DNA of 64,000 nucleotides from Acidobacteriota bacterium (GTDB lineage: Bacteria > Acidobacteriota > UBA890 > WLXD01): positions 160,001-224,000 of the forward strand of contig CAXWPH010000015.1 of assembly GCA_963666055.2 (NCBI GenBank), read 5' to 3'. The notes under the pieces are model-generated. The model was not told the origin of the DNA and ran no database searches. It saw only the letters and a list, made by a program, of their open reading frames with translations. Made by a program: the position numbers and the translations under genes. Shown piece after piece: positions 1 through 14,593 of this stretch (position 1 is its first letter; each line of letters opens with the position of its first letter).

Positions 1-463
1 CGGTGATCGCGTGCTCGTCAACAAGACGACGTATGGCTTGCGCGTGCCATTCCTCGGCTGGCAGCTCACCGACGGCAACACCCCACGTGTGGGCGAGGTG
101 GTGGTCTTCGATTCCCCCGAGACCGGCAAGCGGCTGATCAAACGCGTCGTGGCGATCGCCGGCGACGCTGTCGAGATCCGACGCGGCGTGCTGTTGGTCA
201 ACGGCGAGAGCCGAAAGATCACTGAGGATGCCTGGATCGAGGGTTTCGGCGAGCGGCAGGCCGAGCTGAACCTTTCGAACGGCGGCGGCGGACCGTACGG
301 TCCGGTGACGATCGAGCCCGACCACGTGTTGGTGATGGGAGATTATCGCGGCAACAGCCACGACGGCCGCATGTTCGGGCGTATCTCCAGTCAGCATATC
401 TACGGTCGTGCGATCGCCGTGTTTCTACGTCGCGGTGAAGGATTCGTCTGGCGGCCGCTCTGA
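1..463 (+). CDS. lepB: Signal peptidase I, 5' partial (cut by window edge)
   Basis: LIKRVVA catalytic Lys box and MGDYRGNSHDGRMFG box; the Ser box lies outside the window. Confidence 0.9.
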   Translation, partial: GDRVLVNKTTYGLRVPFLGWQLTDGNTPRVGEVVVFDSPETGKRLIKRVVAIAGDAVEIRRGVLLVNGESRKITEDAWIEGFGERQAELNLSNGGGGPYGPVTIEPDHVLVMGDYRGNSHDGRMFGRISSQHIYGRAIAVFLRRGEGFVWRPL

Positions 464-579
464 GGACAGGCGGCTCGACGGGCAAGACAGAACATGTGCA
501 CAGGACCACGTTACAGTGCGCCCAACCGCCGTCAGCCAGAGTCAACCGGGCGCCAAGCCTGCTCAGCTAGGAGCATCTA

Positions 580-1065
580 ATGAGCCTGTTCAGTTTCGTC
601 AAGGAAGCCGGTGAGAAGCTTCTCGGCTTGGACGACGAGGAGCCCGAGGCCACCGACGTACCGGAGATCAAACCGGCAGGAGCGAACACCTCGGCGGCGA
701 CGCTGCACCTGATGCTGACCAAGCACAACTTCGCCCCCGACGATCTCAGCATCGGGTACGCCGACGGAATCGTAACCGTGCAGGGAACCGTGGCCTCCGC
801 CGAGCAACGCGAGAAGATCATCCTGGCAGTTGGCAACATCCGCGGCGTGTCGCAGGTCGACGACCAGCTGAGCCTCGAAGGCGATGCTCCGGACCCAGTG
901 TTCTACACCGTCGAGCGCGGCGACACCCTATCGGGCATCGCCAAGGCGCAGTACGGCAACGCCATGAAGTACATGGTGATCTTCGAGGCCAACCGGCCGC
1001 TACTCGAGGACCCGGACCGGATCTATCCGGGCCAGGTGCTGCGCATTCCACCGCTAGACGACTGA
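580..1065 (+). CDS. BON + LysM protein (Kbp/YgaU-like)
   Basis: MSLFSFVKEAGEKL start, BON domain, LysM YTVERGDTLSGIA...IYPGQVLRIP; AGGAG RBS. Confidence 0.9.
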   Translation: MSLFSFVKEAGEKLLGLDDEEPEATDVPEIKPAGANTSAATLHLMLTKHNFAPDDLSIGYADGIVTVQGTVASAEQREKIILAVGNIRGVSQVDDQLSLEGDAPDPVFYTVERGDTLSGIAKAQYGNAMKYMVIFEANRPLLEDPDRIYPGQVLRIPPLDD

Positions 1066-1109
1066 GTCCCCTGCAGAAGCGCTCCAAGGTACGCCGTGGC
1101 CACTGCTGA

Positions 1110-1920
1110 GTCCGCCACCGGCAGGCGCGGCTCCGCCGGTCGGTTAGGGCCGCCCAGACGAGAGGTCAACGCTCCGTTCTGTGGTGTCGCCGGCGTTGAC
1201 CGTGAGATCGAATCGCTGTTCGCGACGCTGACCGCCGACCTCGCCGACGGTCGCCGTTTAGTTCCCGGGTAACAGCACCCATTCCTTCGGGTTGGAGGAC
1301 TCGGCCGTGTAGGTACGGCCACGCGCCACCTCCTTGCCGCTGTCGTCGCGAGCACGTGGACCACCGCGTCGATGAGCACGGCGCCTTGCCGCGCGCCGAC
1401 CCGCAGCACACCGGTCTCCCAGGCAGCGCGACGCTCGCTGCGCTCGCCGGGCTGTACGACGACGTCATCGAACCTCTCGCTGGGTCGGTTCGAGATCTCG
1501 ACCGAGCCGACCACCACGTCATAGGCACCCGGGGTGAGCCGGTATACCGCCGGGTTGCTCGACGCGCGTGATCGGCGTACGGCCCTTCGGGTTGAGTCCC
1601 TCGACGCTGGCCCGCATGGCCGCCTTGTCGAGCGGGCCGAGCGGCAGGATGGTCTCGATGTCATCGCAATCGCCCTCGCGGCGGTGGCCGTAGGCAACCA
1701 AACCGGCGTCGCTGTCGGCTGGAAGGCCATCGATCAGATCGCCGAGCACCCGGCGGGCGATGACGATCTTGTTCTCCCCCTCGATCTGCCCCCACATCGA
1801 GCCGGAGGCTTCGAGGATCAGCAGCAGGTCGGGACTCGGCGCGCTCTGCGAGGCGACGGCGGTCACCCCGCCCAAGAGCACCAAGCCTACGGTCATGGCG
1901 CGCGCCAGAGCCGCGTTCAT
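1110..1920 (-). pseudogene. Secreted VWA-domain protein, internally deleted and frameshifted
   Basis: Signal peptide plus LEASGSMWG MIDAS-like motif and AYGHRREGDCDDIE; VWA similarity stops after KGRTPI and continues in another frame (RLTPGAYDV). Left bound approximate. Confidence 0.7.
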
Positions 1921-2010
1921 TGTCCCTTTCCCCGCAGAGAGTGATCAGTACTGTCCAGATACCTCGAATTCGGCCTCGCTGTCAGCGTCCTGAGTCAGGA
2001 CACTGGTGGC

Positions 2011-2285
2011 CTAGCAGGCCGTGGTGAAAGTGTGGTGGGTCTGGTTACGGCGAGTTGGGGCCAGATGCAAGGCGGCCTGACGCAGGCGATGCCCTAGCCA
2101 TCGTCGAGGAAGGCCAACGCCGCAAATGGCCCCGAATCGCCGTAACCCTTCGGGCGACAGGGGGTTGCGCGCGTATGCTGCGTCGTTCCTCGTCAACGAT
2201 GGGGTAACCATCGCCTCCTCCTCTCTCCTTGCCTCCACTTCGCAAGACCCTGTCGCCAGACCCACCACACTTTCACCACGGCCTG

Positions 2286-2289
<4 letters not shown>
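2011..2289. mobile_element. MITE-like element A with 30-bp perfect TIR, CTAG at both ends
   Basis: ctag-caggccgtggtgaaagtgtggtgggtctgg ... ccagacccaccacactttcaccacggcctg-ctag; no transposase. Confidence 0.85.
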
Positions 2290-3785
<1,496 letters not shown>

Positions 3786-3796
3786 TCTAATTGCTC

Positions 3797-4768
3797 CTAG
3801 TCAGGGCTCGCCGCCCGGCGTGCCGAGGCGACGAAGATCGCTGGTCCCGACGCGTCGGGGTCCGGCGGTAGCTCGTAGTGGGTGATCGAATTCAATCCGG
3901 CGTCGCGCAGCCAGCCAGCGATTTGCTGGCGCGAGAATCCCAACCAAGCGTGCCCCATGTCGTGCTGGTAGGCGCGCCGGTCGTGCGGCGTCATGTCGGC
4001 GATCAGCAGTCGCCCGTCCGGACGCAGCGTCCGCGCCGCCTCCGCGAGCGCTGCCTCGGGCTGCACGACGTAGTGGAGCACCAGGAACATGATGGCCACG
4101 TCGAGCTCGCCGTCGGCCAGCGGCAGGGACTCCAGCCGACCCTCCCGCACGTCGACGTTGCCGAGCTCGCGCAGGCGATCGCGAGCCGCCCGCAGCATCT
4201 CGCGTGAGCTATCGACCGCCACCACACGGCGGACGAACGGAGCTAACGACTCGGCAATGCGTCCGGTCCCGCAGCCCAGGTCGCCGGCCACCCAGTTCGG
4301 ATCGGCAAGGCCAAGTAACGCCTGCAAATCGATGCGCTCGCCGAACATGTCGCGCCGCAGACGATCCCAATCGTCGGCGGCGGAGGCAAAGAACTCCTGG
4401 GAGCGGCTGCGCCGAACGGTAAGCACGGCGCGCACCCGCGAAGCGTCTTGGCGGGCGGCAGGCAGGCACAACGAGCGCTCCCGCACCAGCGCCCACAACT
4501 CGGCTGCTTCGTGGTCCAGGCTGCGGGCCAACATTCGGTAGCGTCGGCTGGTGCCGTCTGGCAGGACCACCAGCCATCCGTCCTCGGCCAGCACTTTCAA
4601 GTGTCGGCTTACCGTAGATTGCGGCATCTGCAACACGGTGCAGAGCTCTCCGACGGTGAGCTCCTGGCCCTCGAGCACCAGCAGCAGGCGCGTGCGGGTG
4701 GTGTCGGCGAGGTTGGCCAAGAAGTCGAAGATGCGGGGCTCTTCGATCGCGCTCATTAATCCGTTCAT
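3797..4768 (-). CDS. sahR: ArsR-HTH / class I SAM methyltransferase fusion regulator (SahR-like)
   Basis: ArsR HTH ([12 protein letters not shown]) plus DLGCGTG motif; 11 bp upstream of ahcY. Start at 4768 or 4756. Confidence 0.85.
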   Translation of the reverse strand: MNGLMSAIEEPRIFDFLANLADTTRTRLLLVLEGQELTVGELCTVLQMPQSTVSRHLKVLAEDGWLVVLPDGTSRRYRMLARSLDHEAAELWALVRERSLCLPAARQDASRVRAVLTVRRSRSQEFFASAADDWDRLRRDMFGERIDLQALLGLADPNWVAGDLGCGTGRIAESLAPFVRRVVAVDSSREMLRAARDRLRELGNVDVREGRLESLPLADGELDVAIMFLVLHYVVQPEAALAEAARTLRPDGRLLIADMTPHDRRAYQHDMGHAWLGFSRQQIAGWLRDAGLNSITHYELPPDPDASGPAIFVASARRAASPD

Positions 4769-4803
4769 GCGGATAGACTGATTAATTGAACCGCGACTGT
4801 CAA
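4759..4803 (-). promoter_or_regulatory. Sigma70-type promoter with overlapping palindromic operator for sahR-ahcY
   Basis: Minus strand TTGACA (4803-4798)-17 bp-CAGTCT (4780-4775); inverted repeat ATCCG-N6-CGGAT at 4759-4774. Confidence 0.65.
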
Positions 4804-5939
4804 GCCCTATAGATACGGGCCACCCCGACGGTCAACAACGGCAGCGCGAACAGGGCCAGAAAACCGTAGGCCATCATGGTGTATCCCTGGGCCACCAGAG
4901 CGATGATTCCCAGCTGCGATAGCAGCGCCGCGGCAACCAACAGAGCGACGCTGATCAGCCCCGCCGCCGCGGATCCCAGCGGCTTCCTGCCAGCCTCGAC
5001 ACGGCTCACCGAGATGCGGTCGGTGATGGCGTGGATCATACCCACGCCGGTCTCCACCAGGGTCCAAAGCACGACGATCGCGTAGAACGCGATCAGCCAG
5101 CCGCCCCCGGTGCGCTCCAGCATCGTCAGCCAGGGGACCTCGGCATCGAGCACCTCGGGGTCCGGGTAGAACGTCAGGATCGCCAAGAAGGTGAGCACGA
5201 ATGGCACCATCGACAGCAGGCCGGTGATCAGTCCGGCCCCGAGGGTCTGTCTTCGCGAGGTCTGACGATCGATGACGAACAGCGTGCTGGGAAGGCCGGC
5301 CAGGTTGTAGCCGACATAGAGCAATCCAGTGCCGAGGATGGTGCTCACCGGGACCTCCGCCGGCAACGACACAGCCCCGCTGGTCAGCGCGCTGCCCACG
5401 GTGGACCCCGACCGGCTCAGCACCGTCCAGGCGAAGGCTGCGTAGCCGACATACAGAAGCGCCGAGCCGACCGTCTTGAAGCCTTCGATGGTGGCGCGGC
5501 CAGAAGCATTGATGATGCCGACGAGCACGATCACCAGCCCCACGCCGAGCCAGTACGGCACTCCTAACACGCGCTCCGCGACGCTGCCGGTGGCGGCGCT
5601 GACCACGGCGATGACCACTACCGCCATGGCGACGTAGAGCACATCAAAGAGCGGCCAGGCGGGGCCGATGAGCTCGCGAACCAAAGTGCGATAATCGAAC
5701 GCGCCGCTCACGCGAGCGAACTCGTAGCACACTGCGCTGATCAGCGAGAAGCCGATGCCGATCGCCAAGACGCTCCACAAACCGGCGGGGCCGAATCTGG
5801 CGCCGTACTCGACGATCTCGCGGCCGGTGGCGTACGCCCCGCCGATGAGCACCGATTGAAAGATGATCCCGGGCAGCACGTATCGTTGGTAGGCTCGCCT
5901 TATCAAGATCGCGGGCCTCCCCCGATGTTCAGACGCCAC
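4800..5939 (-). CDS. YkvI-like multi-pass membrane protein
   Basis: IGGAYATGREIVEY motif; about 10 hydrophobic segments. Confidence 0.75.
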   Translation of the reverse strand: MASEHRGRPAILIRRAYQRYVLPGIIFQSVLIGGAYATGREIVEYGARFGPAGLWSVLAIGIGFSLISAVCYEFARVSGAFDYRTLVRELIGPAWPLFDVLYVAMAVVVIAVVSAATGSVAERVLGVPYWLGVGLVIVLVGIINASGRATIEGFKTVGSALLYVGYAAFAWTVLSRSGSTVGSALTSGAVSLPAEVPVSTILGTGLLYVGYNLAGLPSTLFVIDRQTSRRQTLGAGLITGLLSMVPFVLTFLAILTFYPDPEVLDAEVPWLTMLERTGGGWLIAFYAIVVLWTLVETGVGMIHAITDRISVSRVEAGRKPLGSAAAGLISVALLVAAALLSQLGIIALVAQGYTMMAYGFLALFALPLLTVGVARIYRA

Positions 5940-7864
5940 AACGACTGCCCTATGTCACGCGGGTTGCGGTACAGCAGGGTGCCATGCCGGCGTAGAAACT
6001 CCACCATCAGCCGAAGCTCGCGGGGCGCCAGCGCATCGGACGACAGCGTCAGCTCCTCGTCGATCATCAAGTGTGTGATGCCCTGGTCGCGGAAGAACGT
6101 GGCGACGTCGCCCGGACCGGCGGCCTTCACCAGTGCGCGCTCGAGGCGATAGTGTTCGAAGGTGTAGTCGGAGCGCCAACCATTCGGAAACGGCTTCATC
6201 TCGCCGCGGCCCGGCAGGTCCAACAAGTACCCCCAGGTGCGCATGTTCACCAGATAGAGCCGGTCGCCCGGCCCCAGTCGACGATTGGCCTCGACGTAGA
6301 TCTGATAGGCGACCAACCGCCGCGTCAGGAATTGGTGGCGGGTTTCCTGCCCCGACCAGAACAACTGCGGGCGATCCGCAAACACCATGTCGAGCCCGAC
6401 GAAGATGTTGAGCGCCACCAGCAGCCCGATTGCCGTGGTCCAAATTGGCTTGAATCGATCGGCGGCAGCCACCGCCACCAGGACGGCTGCTATCGGCAGC
6501 ATCGGCAGCAGGAAACGCACCTGCGTCGTGGTCATTGCCCAATAGAAGATAAACCCGGCAGCGAACACCCCTAGCATGCGGATCTCGCGCCGGCGATTGC
6601 GCACCGTGAAGGCCAATGGGGCGAGCAGGAACCCGCTGCCGACCACCCCGTCGTAGGCCGTGTAGTTGGCGTCGGCGGAGGTAAACACCCACACCATCGC
6701 CATCAAGCGCTCCCAGAGAGCACGGTCGTAGCCGGCGCCGTACTGGCGTTGCCAGGCGAGCGCGAGCTCCGACTGGTGGGTGCTCCAGTTCACCGCGTCG
6801 GTGAGCTCGAACGGACCGAGGCGGAAGGGGAACAGCGGCCAGCCCGTGATGCTCCACGTCCGCGCCAGGTAGGGAGCGAACATCAGCAGCGCGATCACAC
6901 CGATTGCGACCGTTCCGTAGGGAATCTCTCGAGGGCGTGTGCGCAGGTGCTCGATGAGCACCACCAGCACCAGCAGCAGCACGAGCTGCAGCGCCGTGTA
7001 CTTGACCGTCCACGCCGCCCCCGCCATCATGCCGGCGAACACCGCCCAGCGGAGCGCCGCGGCTTCGCTCTCCTGGCGCTCGTTCACGTAGCGAATGGTG
7101 CCAACCAGCGCCAGCAAAGCGTACAGCGTGAAGTTCATGTCGATGTACGCCCAGTGACCGATCACCATCACCGTGGGCACGGTCATGAACAGCGCCGTCC
7201 CGAGGACGGCGCTGCGGGTCGGTACAAACGTGCGTACGTAGCTGTACAGCGCGATCATCACCAGCCCGAGGTAGAGCAGGTGGAACATCCGTGCCGCCGT
7301 ATCGCCCGCGATACCCAGGCCGAAGGTGAACAGCATCTGCGGGCCCGTCGGGTAGTAGGCCAACACGTTGTCGGTGAACATCGGCAAGTAGCCGACGCGC
7401 AGGACCTGCGCCGGGATCTCGAGGTGATAGACGATTTCGTCAAGCGACGTGGGAGGCAGGGTCGTTCCCATCAGCATCCAGGCGAAATAGAGCAGCGCGC
7501 CAAGCGCCCCGAACATCAACCAGCGCTCGCGGCCCAGCGCCACGCCGGCTATGCGAACCGCTCCCAACAAGTCGGGAATGCCAACCAGCGCGATCATGGC
7601 GAGCACTCCGAGCAGCACCCACAGCAGGGTCGGCGACAAGACTCCCCCGACGGGCAGCACGTAGCCGATCATCGCCGCGCCGTAGATCAGGTACGAGATC
7701 AGCAGCAAGCCAACGCCGGTCTCCGCCGCGAGCTGCAGCCCTGCGGGTCCCAGAGCCCACCGCGAGCCCATCAGCCACCGACCGATCTGGCGCGCCGCAA
7801 TCGCGGTCACCCCCACCTGCAACAACGCGAGCGCCGTCATGCTCCACCCCCAATGCCGCGCCAA
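5903..7864 (-). CDS. GT-C fold membrane glycosyltransferase-like protein (ArnT/PMT-like)
   Basis: Many TM helices, DEIVYHL loop, KYTAL motif, TGWPLFP, QVRFLLP; start uncertain. Confidence 0.7.
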   Translation of the reverse strand: MARHWGWSMTALALLQVGVTAIAARQIGRWLMGSRWALGPAGLQLAAETGVGLLLISYLIYGAAMIGYVLPVGGVLSPTLLWVLLGVLAMIALVGIPDLLGAVRIAGVALGRERWLMFGALGALLYFAWMLMGTTLPPTSLDEIVYHLEIPAQVLRVGYLPMFTDNVLAYYPTGPQMLFTFGLGIAGDTAARMFHLLYLGLVMIALYSYVRTFVPTRSAVLGTALFMTVPTVMVIGHWAYIDMNFTLYALLALVGTIRYVNERQESEAAALRWAVFAGMMAGAAWTVKYTALQLVLLLVLVVLIEHLRTRPREIPYGTVAIGVIALLMFAPYLARTWSITGWPLFPFRLGPFELTDAVNWSTHQSELALAWQRQYGAGYDRALWERLMAMVWVFTSADANYTAYDGVVGSGFLLAPLAFTVRNRRREIRMLGVFAAGFIFYWAMTTTQVRFLLPMLPIAAVLVAVAAADRFKPIWTTAIGLLVALNIFVGLDMVFADRPQLFWSGQETRHQFLTRRLVAYQIYVEANRRLGPGDRLYLVNMRTWGYLLDLPGRGEMKPFPNGWRSDYTFEHYRLERALVKAAGPGDVATFFRDQGITHLMIDEELTLSSDALAPRELRLMVEFLRRHGTLLYRNPRDIGQSLWRLNIGGGPRS

Positions 7865-7937
7865 CCGCCGCTCAGGCCACTACAATGGACCGACACCTCT
7901 GAGCCCCGACCTGCCCACATCGGCCGAGGACCCCCCG

Positions 7938-9203
7938 TTGCGTAGAAGCCTGATTGCAGCGCTCGTCATCCTACTTGCTTCCGCCTCCAGCAGCCAGGGA
8001 GACAACTGGCCGCAGTGGCGCGGCCCGGCGCTCAACGGCGTAAGCGCCGAGACCGGGCTGCCCACGACCTGGGACGCCGACACCAACATCACCTGGAAGC
8101 TGGAGCTTCCGGCTTGGAGCGGCGCCACGCCGATCGTCTGGGACGACACAGTGTTCCTGAACGTCGGTGACGGCACCAACATCTCGCTCTGGGCAATCGA
8201 TCGGGCCACCGGCAAGATCCGCTGGGGGCGAGTGCTGAGCGGCAATGACCACCGCGAGCGGAAGCAGAACATGTCGTCGCCCTCGCCGGTGACCGATGGC
8301 ACGCATGTGTGGGTGATGACCGGCACCGGCATCCTCAAGGCCTTCGACTTCGACGGCAACGAGCGCTGGAGTCGCGACATCCCGGCCGACTATGGAAGGT
8401 TCGGGCTCAACTGGGGTTACGCATCGTCGCCGCTGCTGTACGACGGCGCCCTCTTCGTGCAGGTGCTGCACGGCATGAAGACCGACGACACACCGTACCT
8501 GCTGCGCATCAACGCGGCCACCGGCGAGACCATGTGGCGTGTCGAGCGCCCTACCGACGCCATCCGCGAGTCTCCCGACTCCTATGGCACACCGGCGTTG
8601 CTGCAGTACGACGACACCACCGAGATCGTGCTCACCGGCGGCGACGTGGTGACCGGGCATGACCCCGGCACCGGCGAGGAGCTCTGGCGCTCCGACGGCC
8701 TCAACCCCGAGAACAACGGCGCCTACCGCATCGTCGCGTCAGCCGTCGTCATGGACAGGGTGATCTACGCGCCGACGCGAGAACGGCCGCTGCTGGCGCT
8801 GCGCGCCGGCGGCCGCGGCGATATCACCCAGACGCACCGCCTGTGGTCGTTCAACGACGGACCCGACGTGCCCACGCCGGTAACCGACGGGCGCTACTTC
8901 TACAGCATCAAGGACAACGGTGTCATCTTCTGCCTCGATGCCAAGACCGGCGAGCGCATCTACGGTCCAATTCGTCTCGCGGTCGGCACCTACAGCGCCT
9001 CGCCGGTGCTGGCCGACGGCAAGATCTACATCACCAACGAGGACGGTCTCACCAGCGTGATCAAATCTGGGCCGGAGTTCGAGATTCTGGCCGAGAACGA
9101 CCTCGGCGACTACACGCTGAGCTCGCCGGCGATCTCCGACGGTCAGATCTTCATCCGCACTGCCAGCGGGCTCTACGCGATCGGGGAGCGGCGCACGGAC
9201 TGA
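7938..9203 (+). CDS. Secreted PQQ-binding-like beta-propeller protein
   Basis: Signal peptide, NWPQWRGP, repeated SSP/A-D-TG-W blades; TTG start after GAGGA. Confidence 0.85.
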   Translation: MRRSLIAALVILLASASSSQGDNWPQWRGPALNGVSAETGLPTTWDADTNITWKLELPAWSGATPIVWDDTVFLNVGDGTNISLWAIDRATGKIRWGRVLSGNDHRERKQNMSSPSPVTDGTHVWVMTGTGILKAFDFDGNERWSRDIPADYGRFGLNWGYASSPLLYDGALFVQVLHGMKTDDTPYLLRINAATGETMWRVERPTDAIRESPDSYGTPALLQYDDTTEIVLTGGDVVTGHDPGTGEELWRSDGLNPENNGAYRIVASAVVMDRVIYAPTRERPLLALRAGGRGDITQTHRLWSFNDGPDVPTPVTDGRYFYSIKDNGVIFCLDAKTGERIYGPIRLAVGTYSASPVLADGKIYITNEDGLTSVIKSGPEFEILAENDLGDYTLSSPAISDGQIFIRTASGLYAIGERRTD

Positions 9204-9268
9204 GCGCATGGGCAGTATCCGGCCACAGCTTGCGGCTCAGGGCGTTGACGGCGCGAGGCACGAAAACA

Positions 9269-12013
<2,745 letters not shown>

Positions 12014-12014
12014 C

Positions 12015-12347
12015 CTACCCGGCCTCCAGAACCTTGCCGACGGCGGAGGCAAATTCACCCCAGGTCGCGAGCTCGGCAGCGAGCTGCTCGCGGCCCTCAG
12101 AAGTCAGGGTGTAGAACCTGGCGCGCCGGCCGGTGTCGGTAACCCCCCAATCCGAGACAACCCAGCCACGCTTCTCCATGCGGTAGAGCGCCGGATACAG
12201 GGAGCCTTCCTCCACCGTCAGTATCTCGTCGGTGGTCGACTGGATTCTCTTGGCAACGGCGTAGCCGTGCAGGGGTCCACTTTCAAGCGTCCTCAGTACG
12301 AGCATGCCAAGCGTGCCGCGCAGCAGCTCGATTCCGTTCTTGCCCAT
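12015..12347 (-). CDS. PadR-family transcriptional regulator
   Basis: LLRGTLGMLVL, HGYAV, EEGSLYPALYRME, RRARFYTLT. Confidence 0.92.
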   Translation of the reverse strand: MGKNGIELLRGTLGMLVLRTLESGPLHGYAVAKRIQSTTDEILTVEEGSLYPALYRMEKRGWVVSDWGVTDTGRRARFYTLTSEGREQLAAELATWGEFASAVGKVLEAG

Positions 12348-12462
12348 CGAATCTCCGTTGCAGGCGACTTGCGTATCAAGCGGCGCGTCGCGATTCCCTA
12401 GAAACTCTATCCTTAGCAGTCCTGGGTATTATAGTGACGCGCAGGCGCCCTGCAAGCAACGC

Positions 12463-13155
12463 TCAGTCGGGCAGCGCGGGGAGGGCAATAAACCGCAGGT
12501 CGGAGAGCCAGCTGCGCACCTGCGTGTCGGTGTTGTCCGTATCCACCATGAAAGCAATGCCACCGATACGATCGGGCGCCTCGCCGAAGGCGCGCTCGTA
12601 GTCGGCAAGCAGGTCGCGCTCCTCGACGCTCCATCGGCCAGTGGCGTCGGCGCCGCTACGTAACACAACGGTGGCGACCCGCGGGCGATACGGATTGGGG
12701 AAGCGCGTCCCTACAGGTAAATCCCGCGCCCAGACGTAGGCAATGGCCCGGGTGTCGCGGTCCCATATGTCGGTGGCGAAGGCAACCATGATGCGAGCTG
12801 CGTAGTCGTCGCCCGGACGCGTTCGTTCGTCCTCCCGGGTATCGAGCGGCCGATCGATCTTCCAGCGCCATGACAGGCGAGCTCGTGTCGGATGGCGGAC
12901 GTCGACTCGGCGCCATAACGCCGCCGCCGCCGCATCGCTGTCGGCCTGCAAGACCGCCCGCGTGTCGTCGAGGACAACGCTGAAGCGGGTGCTGCTCGAC
13001 GCCATTCGCTGGTGCCTCCAGCGTGCCGCCCAGCCATCGCGAAGGCCGTCGAGCAGATCGACGCCAGCACCGCCAGCTTCCTGGGCGACGCTGCCAAGGG
13101 CGGTTGTGGCACACATCGACAATGCGAGTGCGAGGCACAGGCCAGCCTGTCGCAT
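12463..13155 (-). CDS. DUF3047-like exported protein
   Basis: LSWRWKI, GDDYAARI, AYVWA, ERDLLADY, MVDTDNT. Confidence 0.8.
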   Translation of the reverse strand: MRQAGLCLALALSMCATTALGSVAQEAGGAGVDLLDGLRDGWAARWRHQRMASSSTRFSVVLDDTRAVLQADSDAAAAALWRRVDVRHPTRARLSWRWKIDRPLDTREDERTRPGDDYAARIMVAFATDIWDRDTRAIAYVWARDLPVGTRFPNPYRPRVATVVLRSGADATGRWSVEERDLLADYERAFGEAPDRIGGIAFMVDTDNTDTQVRSWLSDLRFIALPALPD

Positions 13156-13223
13156 GGTCGCCCCTGAAGTCGGACCAGTGGTGGGAAGAAGGTGGTTGCC
13201 CTATACGATACCGGGCAGACCCC

Positions 13224-14402
13224 ATGAGTCACCGAACTCGCCAGCAGAAGCCACCCTTGCACCGCCGGTCGGCGCGCTCGGCGACGATTGCCGCGCTGGC
13301 GCTCGTATCGGCGCTGAGCGTCGGGTCGGCGCGCGGCCACAACTTCGGATTCACTCGGGTTTCGCTGGTGTTGCGCCCAGACGCTACCTTCCAGGCGAGC
13401 ATGCAGATCGACCTCGACGCGCTGGCGCTCGGCGCCGCCCCCGACAGCGACGACGCCGAGCTCGTCGCGGCCCTCGCTGGTCTGTCGGACGCACAGCTCG
13501 CCGAGCGCGTCGATGGCTTGCGCCGCTTGCTGGAGCGGCGCGTCCGCATCCTCTTCGATGGCGAACGCGCCGATTTCCGGATCGAGTTTCCCGACCGGAC
13601 GGCTGGCCTCACCCGCAATGCGTCGCCGCCGACGTTCCTCGGCGTGCGGGCTTGGCTTGCTGGCTCGGTGCCAGCCGGTGCCACGCAGGTGAGCTTCCGC
13701 GCCTCACGCGCCTTCGCGCCGGTACAGTTGACGATCGTCGACGAACGCAGCGGCGCGACCACCCGCGAGCCGCTGGCGCGTGGCGACGAGAGCACCCCCT
13801 TCAGGCTCGATCCGGCGGCCCGACCGACCGCCTCGGAGAGTTCCATCGCGGCCGGCCTACGCTACGCGCGGTTGGGCTTCCTCCACATCATCCCGGCGGG
13901 CTTGGACCACATCCTGTTCGTGCTGGGACTATTCCTGTTGAGTGCAAAGCTGCGTCCCTTGCTGCTTCAAGTATCGGCGTTCACCGTCGCCCACACCGCC
14001 ACGCTCGGCCTTTCCGCCTTCGGTGTAGTGCAGCTATCCGCATCGTTCGTAGAGCCACTCATCGCGTTGTCGATCGCCTACGTTGGCCTCGAGAACGCCA
14101 TGACCGACCGGCTCCGCGCCTGGCGCCCGGTCCTGGTGTTCGCCTTCGGCCTCCTACACGGCCTGGGGTTTGCGGGTGTGCTTGGTGAGATCGGCCTACC
14201 GCCAGACCAGGCCCTCGGCGCCCTGCTCGGATTCAACGTCGGCGTCGAGCTGGGTCAGCTGGCGGTGATCGGTGGTGCCATCCTCGTCGTCGGCAAATTC
14301 CGGAACCGCTCCTGGTACCGTCGCCGCATCGTCGTACCGGCTTCGCTATCGATCGCCGCGGTCGGTCTGTACTGGTTCGTGAGCCGCGCCATCGCCGCTT
14401 GA
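13224..14402 (+). CDS. HupE/UreJ-family protein with N-terminal extracytoplasmic domain
   Basis: GFLHIIPAGLDHILF, FTVAHTATL, FGLLHGLGFA, GFNVGVELGQL. Confidence 0.88.
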   Translation: MSHRTRQQKPPLHRRSARSATIAALALVSALSVGSARGHNFGFTRVSLVLRPDATFQASMQIDLDALALGAAPDSDDAELVAALAGLSDAQLAERVDGLRRLLERRVRILFDGERADFRIEFPDRTAGLTRNASPPTFLGVRAWLAGSVPAGATQVSFRASRAFAPVQLTIVDERSGATTREPLARGDESTPFRLDPAARPTASESSIAAGLRYARLGFLHIIPAGLDHILFVLGLFLLSAKLRPLLLQVSAFTVAHTATLGLSAFGVVQLSASFVEPLIALSIAYVGLENAMTDRLRAWRPVLVFAFGLLHGLGFAGVLGEIGLPPDQALGALLGFNVGVELGQLAVIGGAILVVGKFRNRSWYRRRIVVPASLSIAAVGLYWFVSRAIAA

Positions 14403-14593
14403 ACCGGCGATTGCCGGCGCACCGCTGGACACTGCCTTCGGCGCTGCGAACCTTGCACGCTCTGCGGCAGCAAACGTACGATAATCTGACGCTCATGTCA
14501 GATGATTCTGCGCCGCCGACTTATTCCGGGTGGCCGACATGCCGCTTTCGCAGCGCGGCTCCGCCTCTCCGTACCCGACCTCGAGATAGCACC

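Noticed and set aside
3786-3796. SAH riboswitch upstream of ahcY
   Set aside because: Only 11 bp separate sahR and ahcY.
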